From NCBI GenBank assembly GCA_965222075.1, contig OZ244937.1, positions 4,800,001 through 4,864,000 of the forward strand: 64,000 nt of DNA. The letters are read 5' to 3'. Below the pieces are notes generated by a model. That model was not told where the DNA came from. It ran no database searches and was given only the letters and a program-made list of their open reading frames with translations. Numbering within the stretch: position 1 is the stretch's first letter; every line of letters starts with the position of its first letter. Of the stretch, positions 1-10,142 are shown in pieces. The stretch is from Candidatus Latescibacterota bacterium. Lineage in GTDB: Bacteria > Latescibacterota > UBA2968 > GCA-2709665. A program made the position numbers and the translations under genes.

Positions 1-394
1 AGGCCGTATGGGTGCGTCCCCGGGAAGGCACACCGGTGGCTCCGCAGTAGAGGACCATCAACGATAGCAGCGTCACCGTGTGCCCTACAAGAGGTATAAC
101 GGCCGACTGCCTGAAACGGTTCCACCCCCACAGAAAAACCAGCGTCGTCAGGGCGTAAGCGCCATAGCCCACAACAAACAGAAGATGGTAGGAAAGATGG
201 CCGCCCACCCACCCTGCCAGATTCTGTGTCAACTCCGGAGGGCGGCTCGAGTTGGGAGGGTCTTCCGGCGAGTGCGAAACCAGGCTGACCGCCATCAGCA
301 GGGCCAGCGCCATCAGAAGCACCCCCAGAATCTGGTAGTGCAATCCCGATCGGTTAGACCGTTCCTCCTTCACAATCTTCGACGACTTGCTCAT
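1..394 (-). CDS. ftsK: DNA translocase FtsK/SpoIIIE, N-terminal 4TM region (runs off left edge)
   Basis: Not in the ORF track because it is open at the edge. ATG at 394 gives MSKSSKIVKEERSNRSGLHYQILGVLLMALALLMAVSLVSHSPEDPP...QNLAGWVGGHLSYHLLFVVGYGAY, matching the FtsK_4TM pattern (SL.SY.P.DP...N..G..G...+...+G..A). Confidence 0.7.
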   Translation of the reverse strand, partial: MSKSSKIVKEERSNRSGLHYQILGVLLMALALLMAVSLVSHSPEDPPNSSRPPELTQNLAGWVGGHLSYHLLFVVGYGAYALTTLVFLWGWNRFRQSAVIPLVGHTVTLLSLMVLYCGATGVPSRGRTHTA

Positions 395-516
395 GGTACA
401 TACCTGCCTGTTCAAGAATCATCGAAGGGGAGATACAGTGGGGAAGCATCACTCCCGGTGCGGGGAAAATCGCACCGCATAAACATCCATACTGACCCCA
501 GACCCCAGACCCTTGC

Positions 517-2184
517 CTAAAGACCCCTTGCCAGCACCACGGGCGTCCTGGCCCGGTAGACCCGGCCATCCGGACCGGCCGCTTCTAAGTAGAGGATATA
601 AATCCCCGGCTTCAGATGTCTCCCTCTCTCGCCCGCCCCATCCCAGTCCACCCGACGCCGGCCCCCACCCGGTTCGGCGTTCAACAGCGTCTTCACGCGG
701 TGTCCCAGGCGGTCGAAAACCCACAGGTTCACATCTGCGCGTGAAATCGACAGGGAATACGTAATCTCCACGCGCTCGCGAAACGGGTTGGGAGAGGCCG
801 AAAGCCGTACCCCTTCCGACTGCCCCTGCCGGGACACACTGTTCGTCTGGCCCGGCGTCGCCCCGGCCCCGTCCGTGCTAAACAGCCAGTTCTCCGAACC
901 GCTGCTTGCCCCGTCCGGATCGATCCGTTCCAAAGATCGGTGGGATGCGGGCGCGGTCTGCCTGCCGTAGACCATGCTGTCCACCACACATCCTGTGGCA
1001 TCTCTGATCACCACCGCATCCCCCCCGTCGTTCAGGCGGGGCCACCGCCCCGGCGCCACAACCGGCGCCGTCACATCAGGATACCGGCTCCGAAACCGTC
1101 CGGTATCCTCGGCAACCACCGCATATCCACCCGGCAGCAGCCTCAGGGAACTCGGACCAGACAGCTCGACCGCAGCAGGCCGGCTGTCCTGAATCTGCCA
1201 CCCGGACATGTCCAGGACCTGCTCCGATCGATTCAGAAGCTCAACCCACTCCGGTTCCCTGGCCGGAGGCACAAACATCACCTCATTGACCACCACCTGA
1301 AAGGGGTGTGCGCCCACCACCACCTCCCAGGAGACCCGGTTGTTGGAGGTATCTTGATCGGCCCTAAACCTCGCCCTCGCCGAATAGACATACCGCCCCG
1401 GGGCCACGCCCGTAATCGGATACGCCACCACCAGCGAATCGCCCGGCGCCAGCGCATCCCCCGTCTCTGCCCACACCAACGCCAGCGCCGTGTCGGAGAC
1501 CTCAACCTGGAAGTCCTTCGCAGCCCGTTGTCCCCGGTTAACCACAATCAGTTCAAAGGTCTCCTGTTCCCCCGCTCGAACCTCAAGAGGCGTCTTCGGC
1601 AGTATCAAAAGTGCAAGATCGTCCGCCTTTGGGCTCACACTATTGATCCGCCCGGGCGTTCCCCCCTCCCACCGCGAGTCGGCCCAATTCTCCGGCCCAT
1701 CGCCCGCCCGCGGATCGATCTTCTCTTCCGAATGCCCCGGTCTGTTGCCCACACGGTACGTCATCGACGCGATCGTATCCTCAGACGGCGCAATCAGCAC
1801 AACTCGTTCCGGCCTGGCGTTGCCAAGCCCCCCCTTGCCCAGCGTTGCATCCTCCACCGTTAAAATCAGCGCCTCCTCCGGCAGGGGAGCATAGCGCGTC
1901 GAATGCGCGAAATAGCCTGCATCCAAGACAAGCCCGAACGCCCCTGCCTGCAGTAGCGTAGCCCCTTCCCGGGGAACAATCTCGTCGGTCTCCTCACCGT
2001 CCCCCAAACGCCACCCCTTTAGATCCACCGGCTGCTCGCCCAGATTCTGAATCTCGATAAACTCATCGTAAAACTCGCTTCCTGAAGGATCGAACATCAC
2101 CTCACTGAGGATCACCTGAGCCTCCCCCGTCCCAAACGCTGCCAGCACACCCAGGCATCCCACCAGCGTCTTTACCGCTTCCAT
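517..2184 (-). CDS. Secreted lamin-tail-domain protein (2x LTD, CARDB-like Ig, C-terminal FlgD Ig-like domain)
   Basis: Signal peptide; LTD motifs VILSEVMFDP..EFIEIQN and VVVNEVMF..EWVELLN..RLNDGGD; C-terminal SPNPF...YDRLG-like...WDG...PGIYI. Start could be 2202. Confidence 0.8.
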   Translation of the reverse strand: MEAVKTLVGCLGVLAAFGTGEAQVILSEVMFDPSGSEFYDEFIEIQNLGEQPVDLKGWRLGDGEETDEIVPREGATLLQAGAFGLVLDAGYFAHSTRYAPLPEEALILTVEDATLGKGGLGNARPERVVLIAPSEDTIASMTYRVGNRPGHSEEKIDPRAGDGPENWADSRWEGGTPGRINSVSPKADDLALLILPKTPLEVRAGEQETFELIVVNRGQRAAKDFQVEVSDTALALVWAETGDALAPGDSLVVAYPITGVAPGRYVYSARARFRADQDTSNNRVSWEVVVGAHPFQVVVNEVMFVPPAREPEWVELLNRSEQVLDMSGWQIQDSRPAAVELSGPSSLRLLPGGYAVVAEDTGRFRSRYPDVTAPVVAPGRWPRLNDGGDAVVIRDATGCVVDSMVYGRQTAPASHRSLERIDPDGASSGSENWLFSTDGAGATPGQTNSVSRQGQSEGVRLSASPNPFRERVEITYSLSISRADVNLWVFDRLGHRVKTLLNAEPGGGRRRVDWDGAGERGRHLKPGIYILYLEAAGPDGRVYRARTPVVLARGL

Positions 2185-2315
2185 CCGTATCGTCTGTCCC
2201 ATATTACCCCTGCACCCTGGTTCAAAGTTCGCCCCTCCCTCCGTCAACACCACCCAGTTCCTGGTTCCTCCCGTCCTCTTTATCCCTATCTGCCACCAAA
2301 TCTAACTTTGAACGT

Positions 2316-4478
2316 TCATATCATTCTCCGCCTACGCCTCACCGTCCACTCTACGGCCAGCAGACAAACGAGCAAAAAGAACGGCCAGGCCTGCCCCCAG
2401 AGCCTGGATCGATAGCGTACCGTAACCGGCTGAGGCGCAAGGGAGAGATCTCGAACGGCCGCCGGGAATGCATCGGGCCTTACAAAGGCGCCGCCGCTGT
2501 TCGCGGCCAGGTCTTGCAGCAGTTCGGCGTTCATCCGCACCTCTTCATACTCTAAGCTGTAACGTCCCACCGTAAAACGCCCGGTTCCACCGCCCAGATC
2601 GGCCGCACCCTTCACAGCGCGCACCTGGAACGCATAGTCTCCCTGCAGCATCCCCCCCATCCGTCCGCTGTACCGCCCCTCTCCCTCATCTTTGAGCGCC
2701 ACCTCACGGACGTCCCCGTCCTGTGCAACCAAGACCGTCACTGTGGCCCCTTGCTGAGGCTGGAGCAGTTCATCGAACACCTGCGCGTGGAACGTCACCG
2801 GCTCGCCGCTCCGGTAGATCGGTTTATCGGGCACGGCCCTCACACGCGCCACGTCCTCCCGGATTACCAGCCATCGAACGGCGTTCCCCCAGAACGTCTG
2901 CGAAATCACGTCGGTCTTTCCAATGCCCCACATCATCAGCCCAAACCGCCAGAACGTCCTGAACGCCACGGCCATCGCCTTCCCGGCCCCGGCGCGTGTA
3001 ACCGCAACAAGGGGCATCTTTTTGTTGCCCACCCGCTCTGTCGGGTGCTGGAGGAGAACCACGGCCCCCGGCCGGACACCGCGGTTCTGGTTGTAGGCCA
3101 GCAGCGGCGGCAGTTCCGCCCATTCCAGACGATCCGCCAAGGGATCGTCGGAAATCCGCAGAATCGGATGTCGGTATGCCGCCTTCGGTATCTCAACCTG
3201 GAATGGATCAACCCGGTACGTATGGTCCTCCCCGGAGAATGCTAAGGGCAACACCTCTGCCAGGGGTGAGAGGGCATACCCCTGGTGAATCTCGCCTCCC
3301 ACCACCAGCACCCCTCCACCGGCCCGCACAAACGCGGCCAGACGCCGCTCGGGTGTCCCGGAAAGAATCGCCCTGGGGAGATCGAACAGAATCACGAGAT
3401 CCCGGTCGTCGGGCCGGCTCAACAGATCCCGCATCCGGTAGGACCATTCCCCCGACCAGGTCGCGAAAACCACCTCCAACTCCAGGTTCGGGTCGGCTTC
3501 CAGACAGCGGCGCAAATAGGCCAGATCCACACTTGGGCTGCCCGCAACCATCAGCACGCGCACCCGGCTTTCCAGCACTTCCGTAGAGACAATAACCAGG
3601 TTGTTCTCCCGCGACCGCTCCCCCGGCTGGGGGGCCATCGAGATCCGGTAGGCGTGCCGTCCGGCCCGCTCCGGCCGCACCTGGAACCGCACCGTCTGCT
3701 CACCTTCTGAAAGGGTGATCGGTTCTGCGGCAACCCGCCGCCCTCCCTCCTCCAACACCAGCAGGTCCTGAACCCCGCCAAAACCGCTCACCTTCAGGCC
3801 GACCGATATCGAAATCTCCCGCCCCACATATCCCAGCGGATCGATCACCGCCGAAACCAGGGCCAGGTCTTTGGGAGGTTCTGCATCCCCTATGCCTACC
3901 GCAAAAATGGGCGCCCCTAAGTCCACAGCGGCCCGTTCCGGACGGCCGCCTAAGTTGTGCGCCCCATCCGAAATCGAGAAGGCGGCGACCAGCCCCTCCC
4001 CGGCAGTGACCTCCCGCAGGGCATCCAGCGCCCCGGCAATATCGGTCGCCCGCCCGTCCCAGAGGAGAGAATCCACCCCGGCCTCAGACAGGGGGTGTAA
4101 CGCGTCTGAAAACCGGTACCGCACAACCCTCGCACGTGCCTCCAAATCGCGCACGGCGTCACCCTGTAACAGATCCAGCGCCTTGTCCCGGCGCGCTTTG
4201 CCGCCCTCCTCAACCTGCATACTCTCGCTGTTATCCACCAGGAAGGCCACCAGGGGGTTTCGCTGGCGCTGCACCGTCACGGCCAGGGTCGGCTCCATCA
4301 TCAGCGCTAAGAGCAGCACAAACGCCAGCCCCCTCAAAACCATGAGCCACCACGCCCCTCGCCACCTGCCGGCGCCGGGCCGGTAGACCTGGTAGGCCAG
4401 ATAAATGCAGACCGGGATCAGCAGGCCCAGCAGCAGGCCATCGGTCAGAGCCAAATCGAAATCGGACAGGTGGAACAT
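2316..4478 (-). CDS. Membrane-anchored VWA + GATase1-like (class I glutamine amidotransferase-like) domain protein
   Basis: N-terminal TMs, MIDAS-like VDNSESM, TDIAGAL, SDGAHN, FVRAGGGVLVVGG, C-terminal LLAVEWTVRRRRRMI typical of this family. Confidence 0.75.
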   Translation of the reverse strand: MFHLSDFDLALTDGLLLGLLIPVCIYLAYQVYRPGAGRWRGAWWLMVLRGLAFVLLLALMMEPTLAVTVQRQRNPLVAFLVDNSESMQVEEGGKARRDKALDLLQGDAVRDLEARARVVRYRFSDALHPLSEAGVDSLLWDGRATDIAGALDALREVTAGEGLVAAFSISDGAHNLGGRPERAAVDLGAPIFAVGIGDAEPPKDLALVSAVIDPLGYVGREISISVGLKVSGFGGVQDLLVLEEGGRRVAAEPITLSEGEQTVRFQVRPERAGRHAYRISMAPQPGERSRENNLVIVSTEVLESRVRVLMVAGSPSVDLAYLRRCLEADPNLELEVVFATWSGEWSYRMRDLLSRPDDRDLVILFDLPRAILSGTPERRLAAFVRAGGGVLVVGGEIHQGYALSPLAEVLPLAFSGEDHTYRVDPFQVEIPKAAYRHPILRISDDPLADRLEWAELPPLLAYNQNRGVRPGAVVLLQHPTERVGNKKMPLVAVTRAGAGKAMAVAFRTFWRFGLMMWGIGKTDVISQTFWGNAVRWLVIREDVARVRAVPDKPIYRSGEPVTFHAQVFDELLQPQQGATVTVLVAQDGDVREVALKDEGEGRYSGRMGGMLQGDYAFQVRAVKGAADLGGGTGRFTVGRYSLEYEEVRMNAELLQDLAANSGGAFVRPDAFPAAVRDLSLAPQPVTVRYRSRLWGQAWPFFLLVCLLAVEWTVRRRRRMI

Positions 4479-4539
4479 ACAAATAGGGGAGGGTCCAAAA
4501 TGAGACGCCGGGCCGGAAAAGGTACGGAATGGCTGAGTA

Positions 4540-5625
4540 CTACCCGTCCGTATCGCCTCTTGGCCTTGCGCCTGGAAGTTTCAATCGGGGATCGGCGTTC
4601 AGATCCAGCCCCGAACGCTCCCCGCTCGCCAGCCGGAACGCTCCGGCGCTGGCAATCATCGCGGCATTGTCGGTACAGAGCGCGGGAGAGGGGTAAAAAA
4701 CCCGGACGCCTGCCGCCGCGCCGGTCCGCACCATCTCCGCCCGCAGTCTCCGGTTCGCCGCCACGCCCCCCGTCAGGAGCACCTGCTTTGCCTCTGCGGC
4801 GGTGGCAGCCTGCATCGTCTTGTGGACCAGCACATCCACCACAGCGGCCTGGAAGCTTGCGGCCACATCCGCAAGCTCGGCCTCCCGCTCGACCCCGGAA
4901 CGCCCCTTCAAGTGGTACAATACCGATGTCTTCAAACCGCTGAAACTGAACTCGAACCCCTCGGCGTCCATCAGTCCTCGCGGGAAATCAAACGCCGTTG
5001 CATCCCCCGCTTCGGCTGTGGCCGACAGCCGGGGGCCTCCCATCGTCGTTTCCCCCTCCACCAGCAGCCCCAGCATCTTGGCCACCTTATCAAAAGCCTC
5101 CCCGGCGGCGTCGTCCCGAGTCTGCCCCCAGACCTCGTAGGCCCCCGGTTGCAGCACACGGATCAGCTCCGTATGACCGCCCGAGACGACCAGGGCCAGG
5201 AAAGGGGGCCGCAGATCGGAATGTTCCAGCAGACCCGCAAGCAGGTGACCCTCGATATGGTGAACACCGATCAGCGGCAGTCCGGTCCCCAGAACAATCC
5301 CCTTGGCGGCCGATATCCCCACCAGCAAACAGCCGACCAGCCCCGGCCCCTGCGTTACCGCAACCCCGCCCAGCCCATCCAGCGTTATGTCCGCCTCCTC
5401 TAAGGCCTCATGGATGACCGGCATGATCTTGCGCACGTGGTTGCGCGACGCCAGTTCTGGAACCACCCCCCCATACAGGCTGTGCTCGGTCTGTGAAAAG
5501 ATCACATTCGATAAAATACGGCCGTTGCCCACCACGGCCGCGGCCGTTTCATCACAGGACGTTTCGATCCCAAGCACCGGCTTATCCCACGTCCGCAGCC
5601 AGCGTGCATTCGTTTCGGATGTCAT
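4540..5625 (-). CDS. tsaD: tRNA N6-adenosine threonylcarbamoyltransferase TsaD
   Basis: LGIETSCDET, GGVVPELASRNH, HHIEGH, SGGHT, DDAAGEAFDK, FSFSGLKT, CTDNAAMIA motifs. Confidence 0.97.
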   Translation of the reverse strand: MTSETNARWLRTWDKPVLGIETSCDETAAAVVGNGRILSNVIFSQTEHSLYGGVVPELASRNHVRKIMPVIHEALEEADITLDGLGGVAVTQGPGLVGCLLVGISAAKGIVLGTGLPLIGVHHIEGHLLAGLLEHSDLRPPFLALVVSGGHTELIRVLQPGAYEVWGQTRDDAAGEAFDKVAKMLGLLVEGETTMGGPRLSATAEAGDATAFDFPRGLMDAEGFEFSFSGLKTSVLYHLKGRSGVEREAELADVAASFQAAVVDVLVHKTMQAATAAEAKQVLLTGGVAANRRLRAEMVRTGAAAGVRVFYPSPALCTDNAAMIASAGAFRLASGERSGLDLNADPRLKLPGARPRGDTDG

Positions 5626-6039
5626 TGGAACTTGCGTGTGGGCTCTAAAGGGGATAGAAGAGGAAAGTAACCAGATCTACACTGATGCCATCAACCCGTT
5701 AGAAGCTGGAAAGAGGAGATAGGTACTCCAGAAGGGAACTGCCCCCGCATAGGGGAAGTTATGCCCCGACAATCGATCCAGGCGGACCTCAAAAACCTTT
5801 GGCCGGGGTGCCAACACTACATCCTGGGGCAAACTGGGAATGCGACGACCATTTTTGGAGAGAGTTTCGATTGTGCCGTGCCCCCTGGGAGCATCGCCAG
5901 CAGAAAGCGTTCTGGCGGGAAAGAGGGGCATTTTGCGGATGGAGCCACCAACCCAGTATTTCAAACCGTCAAGAGCCTTCTGTTTGAGGACCAAAATATC
6001 TCTTGAAGACGCACCTGTCAAATTCTTTGTGGTGGCCTA

Positions 6040-6237
6040 CTACTTATACGACTCGGTAATATTTCTTCCCATACTGATTTCGCCGTTGTCAATCCGTAAG
6101 TTAAAGCCGCAGTCCGGATTGTTGCAGACCCAGGCTTTATAATGGATAGCAGCCCCATCTCGACCGTAATCCGACAGAGGGAGCAGTATTCCCTTTTCAC
6201 ACTTTAGACACAGTGGAAATTGACGATCGTTATCCAT
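6040..6237 (-). CDS. Small (65 aa) Cys4 zinc-ribbon-like conserved hypothetical protein
   Basis: MDNDRQFPLCLKCEKGILLPLSDYGRDGAAIHYKAWVCNNPDCGFNLRIDNGEIS; strong RBS GGAGGGGAGGAAAGG before ATG 6237; CxxC and CxxxxC. Confidence 0.85.
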   Translation of the reverse strand: MDNDRQFPLCLKCEKGILLPLSDYGRDGAAIHYKAWVCNNPDCGFNLRIDNGEISMGRNITESYK

Positions 6238-6394
6238 CCTTTCCTCCCCTCCGCTTGTCTTTTCGGCTCCATCCGCATAAAGCCGAAACCCTCTACTGAG
6301 AGACCCCACCAAAACAAAACAAGCCCTCTCGGCCACCGGTAGGGCGATTGTGCAACCAAGACGGCAGACCTGCTATAACCTCATTTCACATATA

Positions 6395-6423
6395 AATTTA
6401 CATAAACTTTCCCACAAAGTCAA
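6395..6423 (-). promoter_or_regulatory. Sigma70-type promoter for the small Cys4 gene
   Basis: Minus strand TTGACT-17 bp-TAAATT; implies a leader of about 150 nt. Confidence 0.55.
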
Positions 6424-6469
6424 ATCATTTTCTCTCTTGCTCAAACGCCAGCAAAACCTTCAAAGTCGA

Positions 6470-6498
6470 TTGACAAATGTCTTTAATTTACTTATACT
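6470..6498 (+). promoter_or_regulatory. Sigma70-type promoter for the NhaC-family gene
   Basis: TTGACA-17 bp-TATACT in an AT-rich divergent intergenic region. Confidence 0.7.
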
Positions 6499-6607
6499 TC
6501 AGCGTTAATTCAGGTCTATTTTTTAATTTCTCGGTTATCTTTCTACGGCACGGTATGCGCTTTTGGCATCCGGAGAGATTGGTGGCCACTAACCACGGAG
6601 AAATCTT

Positions 6608-8395
6608 ATGGCAGGCGCTCTAATGGACCCGAGAACCCTAACCGGAGTCTTTAAAAAGACAAAAAACTTCGGACTCTTTATTTTGGCTCTCATTGTTTCA
6701 CTTGTGGTAGGAACATACGTTTCTCCAACTTGGACAGTTGAAAAAGTGACATTGGATGTCCAGGAGGCCGAAGGCGATAAGCTGTATTATATCTATCGGG
6801 GGAAACCCAAATACCTGGAAGGTGTTCTTTCCTATCAAGATGCGCATCTCAACCCGGAAAAGATCCGCGCCCTGAATGCAGCAAAGCAATCTCCAGGCGT
6901 CCAGGAAGAATTTACCTACCGAATAGAAGAAAAAGACGGCCAATCTCAAAAAATCTATTATCAGCTGATAGCCAAGCGTCACTGGGAATTCTGGTCTTTG
7001 CTTCCAGCGCTTGTTGCCGTATTGTTCTGTTGGCTGACCCGTGAACCGGTCACATCCCTCTTGGCAGGCATTATGACCGGCGCTATTCTCCTGGGAAAAT
7101 ACAATATCACAGGAGATGTTCTTGTGACGTCGCTGGCGACAAAAGGCGCGGCGAGCATTTTGATCCTTTACCTGTGGTTTTTAGGGGGTCTCATGGGAAT
7201 ATGGTCCCGTACCGGGGCCGCCCAGGCTTTTGCCGATTTAATGACCCGTCGTGTGGTCAGGGGGCCGAAAACCGCCAGGCTGGTGGCCTGGTCTCTTGGA
7301 ATTATCTTCTTTCAGGGTGGGACCGTCAGTACCGTATTGGTAGGAACATCTGTTAAACCGATTGCCGACAAAGAAAGAATCAGCCATGAAGAATTGTCCT
7401 ACATCGTGGATTCGACCGCTTCGCCGATTGCCTCTCAATTGGCCTTTAATGCCTGGCCTGGTTATATACAGGCCTTTATTTTTGTTGCCGGTGTAAGTTT
7501 TCTGGCAACGGAAGCTGATCGAATTATCTTTTTCTTCAAAAGCGTACCCTTCTGTTTTTACGCCATCTTTGCAGTTCTGGGCACCTTTCTCCTGAGTATT
7601 GACAAAACGCCCTTTTTGGGAAAAAAGATGAAAGCCGCGATCGTGCGGGCTCGGGAAACCGAAAAGCTGGACGCAGATGGCGCCGAGCCCCTCAGTGCCA
7701 AGGAACTCCAGGGTAGCAACGTACCTGAAGGTTATCGTCCCCACGTCCTGGAATTTTTTATCCCGCTTTTCACTTTGATCGGAATTGCAATTGGAACTTT
7801 TATCATTAAAGGGTCTCCCAACGTTCTCTGGGCATTCGGATTTGCCCTTCTCATTGCAGCGGGGCTGGCGCTCGCCCGGGGAATGTCGCTGAAGGATCTG
7901 ATGGTGGGGTTTCAGGATGGGATCAAAGGGGTGGTCCTGGGATCGGTCATTCTGCTTCTGGCCATCACCATTGGCGGCATCAGCAAAGAAGCGGGAGGAG
8001 GGATCTATCTCGTTGAACGTCTGGGCGGCCATATTCCCTATTGGGCCTTGCCGGTTATGTTTCAAATTCTAACCATCATCATCGCTTTTTCTACCGGAAC
8101 CAGTTGGGGAACTTATGCAGTCGCGTTTCCCCTGGCAATGCCACTGGCCTGGGCCGTAGCCAATGCCCATGGCCTGGCTCACCCGGAATTTTTCATGACC
8201 ATCTGTTTTGCAGCGGTCATGGATGGGAGCGTTTATGGAGACCAGTGTTCCCCCATCTCCGATACCACCATCTTGAGTTCGATGTGCACGGGGTGTGATT
8301 TGATGGACCACGTCAAAACCCAGATTCCCCAGGCCAGCATTGCCGCCGGCCTGGCTGCTATCTGCTGGACTCTGGTTGCCTTCCTTGCGGCTTAA
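6608..8395 (+). CDS. Na+/H+ antiporter NhaC-family (amino acid/Na+ transporter-like) membrane protein
   Basis: Many TMs; SHEELSYIVDSTASP, AFSTGTSWGT, GDQCSPISDTTILSS...DHVKTQ signatures; extra soluble loop after the first TM. Confidence 0.88.
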   Translation: MAGALMDPRTLTGVFKKTKNFGLFILALIVSLVVGTYVSPTWTVEKVTLDVQEAEGDKLYYIYRGKPKYLEGVLSYQDAHLNPEKIRALNAAKQSPGVQEEFTYRIEEKDGQSQKIYYQLIAKRHWEFWSLLPALVAVLFCWLTREPVTSLLAGIMTGAILLGKYNITGDVLVTSLATKGAASILILYLWFLGGLMGIWSRTGAAQAFADLMTRRVVRGPKTARLVAWSLGIIFFQGGTVSTVLVGTSVKPIADKERISHEELSYIVDSTASPIASQLAFNAWPGYIQAFIFVAGVSFLATEADRIIFFFKSVPFCFYAIFAVLGTFLLSIDKTPFLGKKMKAAIVRARETEKLDADGAEPLSAKELQGSNVPEGYRPHVLEFFIPLFTLIGIAIGTFIIKGSPNVLWAFGFALLIAAGLALARGMSLKDLMVGFQDGIKGVVLGSVILLLAITIGGISKEAGGGIYLVERLGGHIPYWALPVMFQILTIIIAFSTGTSWGTYAVAFPLAMPLAWAVANAHGLAHPEFFMTICFAAVMDGSVYGDQCSPISDTTILSSMCTGCDLMDHVKTQIPQASIAAGLAAICWTLVAFLAA

Positions 8396-8441
8396 AGAGA
8401 TCTGAACAAGTTCGCCTCTTATCCACTGGCCACTGACTTTC

Positions 8442-10142
8442 ATGTCCTACGCACCCGAAAATCCCCTCATCGTCCAGAGCGACCTCTCCGTGCTGGTGGA
8501 GGTGAACAGCCCCCACTACGAGGAGGCCCGGGATGTGCTCGCCCGGTTTGCCGAACTGGAAAAAAGCCCCGAACACATTCACACCTACAAGATTAGCCCT
8601 CTCTCCCTGTGGAACGCCGCTGCGGTCGGCTTTTTTGCCCCCGAAATCTTGAGCACCCTCGAACGCTTCAGCAAATACGACATCCCGCAGAACGTCGCCG
8701 TAGAAATCCAGGAAATCATGGGGCGCTACGGCCGGATTCGACTCGACCGATCCGGGGCTGACCTGGTCCTCTCGGCCGACGATCCCATCCTGATGGCCGA
8801 AATCTGGCGTCACAAGGCAATAGCGCCCTACCTCAAGGGCAGGATCGATGAGTGCCGCGTGCGCATCGACCTCTTCTACCGGGGGCACCTCAAGCAGGCC
8901 CTCACGCGCATCGGATTTCCGGTCAAGGATCTGGCCGGCTACTTCCCTGGCAAAAAACTGACCCTCCATTTTCGAACCACCACCGCTTCGGGCGTGCCCC
9001 TCCAGATACGCGACTACCAGAAAGAAGCCCTGGAAACCTTTTATGCCGGCGGCGGCCCCGAAGGCGGCAGCGGCATCGTCGTCCTCCCCTGCGGGGCGGG
9101 CAAGACCATGGTGGGCATGGCCGTCATAGAGCGCCTCCAGTACCAGACCCTGATCCTGACCACCAATATCACCGCCTCCCGGCAGTGGAAATCAGAACTC
9201 TTAGACAAAACCAGCCTGACCCCGGACCAGATCGGCGAATACTCTGCAGAACGCAAAGAAATCCGTCCCATCACCATCGCCACCTACCACATCCTCACCT
9301 ACCGTAAAAAAAAGGGAGACGCGTTTCCCCACTTCGCCATCTTCAACCAGGGTAACTGGGGACTGATGATCTACGACGAAGTCCACCTGCTGCCCGCCCC
9401 GGTCTTCCGCTTTACGGCCGAACTCCAGGCCCGCCGCCGCCTGGGGCTTACCGCAACCCTTATCCGGGAAGACGGCCTGGAAACCGACGTCTTCAGCCTG
9501 ATCGGCCCCAAACGGTTCGACGTCCCCTGGCGAGAGCTTGAGGCCAAAGGCTGGGTCGCCACCGCCCAATGCTGCGAGATCCGCGTCCAACTTCCCCAGG
9601 ACCTCCGGCTCGACTACGCCGTAGCCGGGGGGCGGGCCAAGTTTCGAATTGCGTCGGAAAACCCCCTCAAGACCCCCTTAGTTGAAGCCCTCATCCAGAA
9701 ACACCGGAACGACCAGATCCTGGTCATCGGGCAGTACCTGGACCAGCTTGAAGGACTCACGCGGCGGTTGAAGGCGCCCATCATCACGGGAAAGACGCCC
9801 GGCAGCGACCGGGACCTCATCTACGGCCGGTTTCGGCGGGGAGAAATCGGGCTCCTGATCGTCTCCAAGGTGGCCAATTTCGCAGTCGACCTCCCCGATG
9901 CCAGCGTGGCCATTCAGGTCTCCGGAACCTTTGGCTCCAGGCAGGAAGAGGCTCAGCGCCTCGGACGCATCCTCCGCCCCAAAACCGACGGCGCCCTGGC
10001 CCACTTTTACACCCTCGTCACCCGGGACACCCGGGAGCTGGAATTCGCCAGAAAACGGCAGACTTTCCTCACCGAACAGGGCTACCGTTACACCATACAG
10101 GGCGCCGTCGATGTCTTCAAAGAATCGGATACCGCCGCCTGA
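8442..10142 (+). CDS. DNA repair helicase XPB (Ssl2/Rad25-like)
   Basis: PLIVQSD, FAELEKSPEHIHTY, LPCGAGKT, DEVH, LGLTATLIREDG, SKVANFAVDLPDA, GSRQEEAQRLGRILR. Confidence 0.95.
   Translation: MSYAPENPLIVQSDLSVLVEVNSPHYEEARDVLARFAELEKSPEHIHTYKISPLSLWNAAAVGFFAPEILSTLERFSKYDIPQNVAVEIQEIMGRYGRIRLDRSGADLVLSADDPILMAEIWRHKAIAPYLKGRIDECRVRIDLFYRGHLKQALTRIGFPVKDLAGYFPGKKLTLHFRTTTASGVPLQIRDYQKEALETFYAGGGPEGGSGIVVLPCGAGKTMVGMAVIERLQYQTLILTTNITASRQWKSELLDKTSLTPDQIGEYSAERKEIRPITIATYHILTYRKKKGDAFPHFAIFNQGNWGLMIYDEVHLLPAPVFRFTAELQARRRLGLTATLIREDGLETDVFSLIGPKRFDVPWRELEAKGWVATAQCCEIRVQLPQDLRLDYAVAGGRAKFRIASENPLKTPLVEALIQKHRNDQILVIGQYLDQLEGLTRRLKAPIITGKTPGSDRDLIYGRFRRGEIGLLIVSKVANFAVDLPDASVAIQVSGTFGSRQEEAQRLGRILRPKTDGALAHFYTLVTRDTRELEFARKRQTFLTEQGYRYTIQGAVDVFKESDTAA

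Noticed and set aside
6240-6390. Known riboswitch in the leader of the Cys4 gene
   Set aside because: No match by eye to c-di-GMP, SAM, TPP, cobalamin or FMN consensus; retained only as an unexplained structure.
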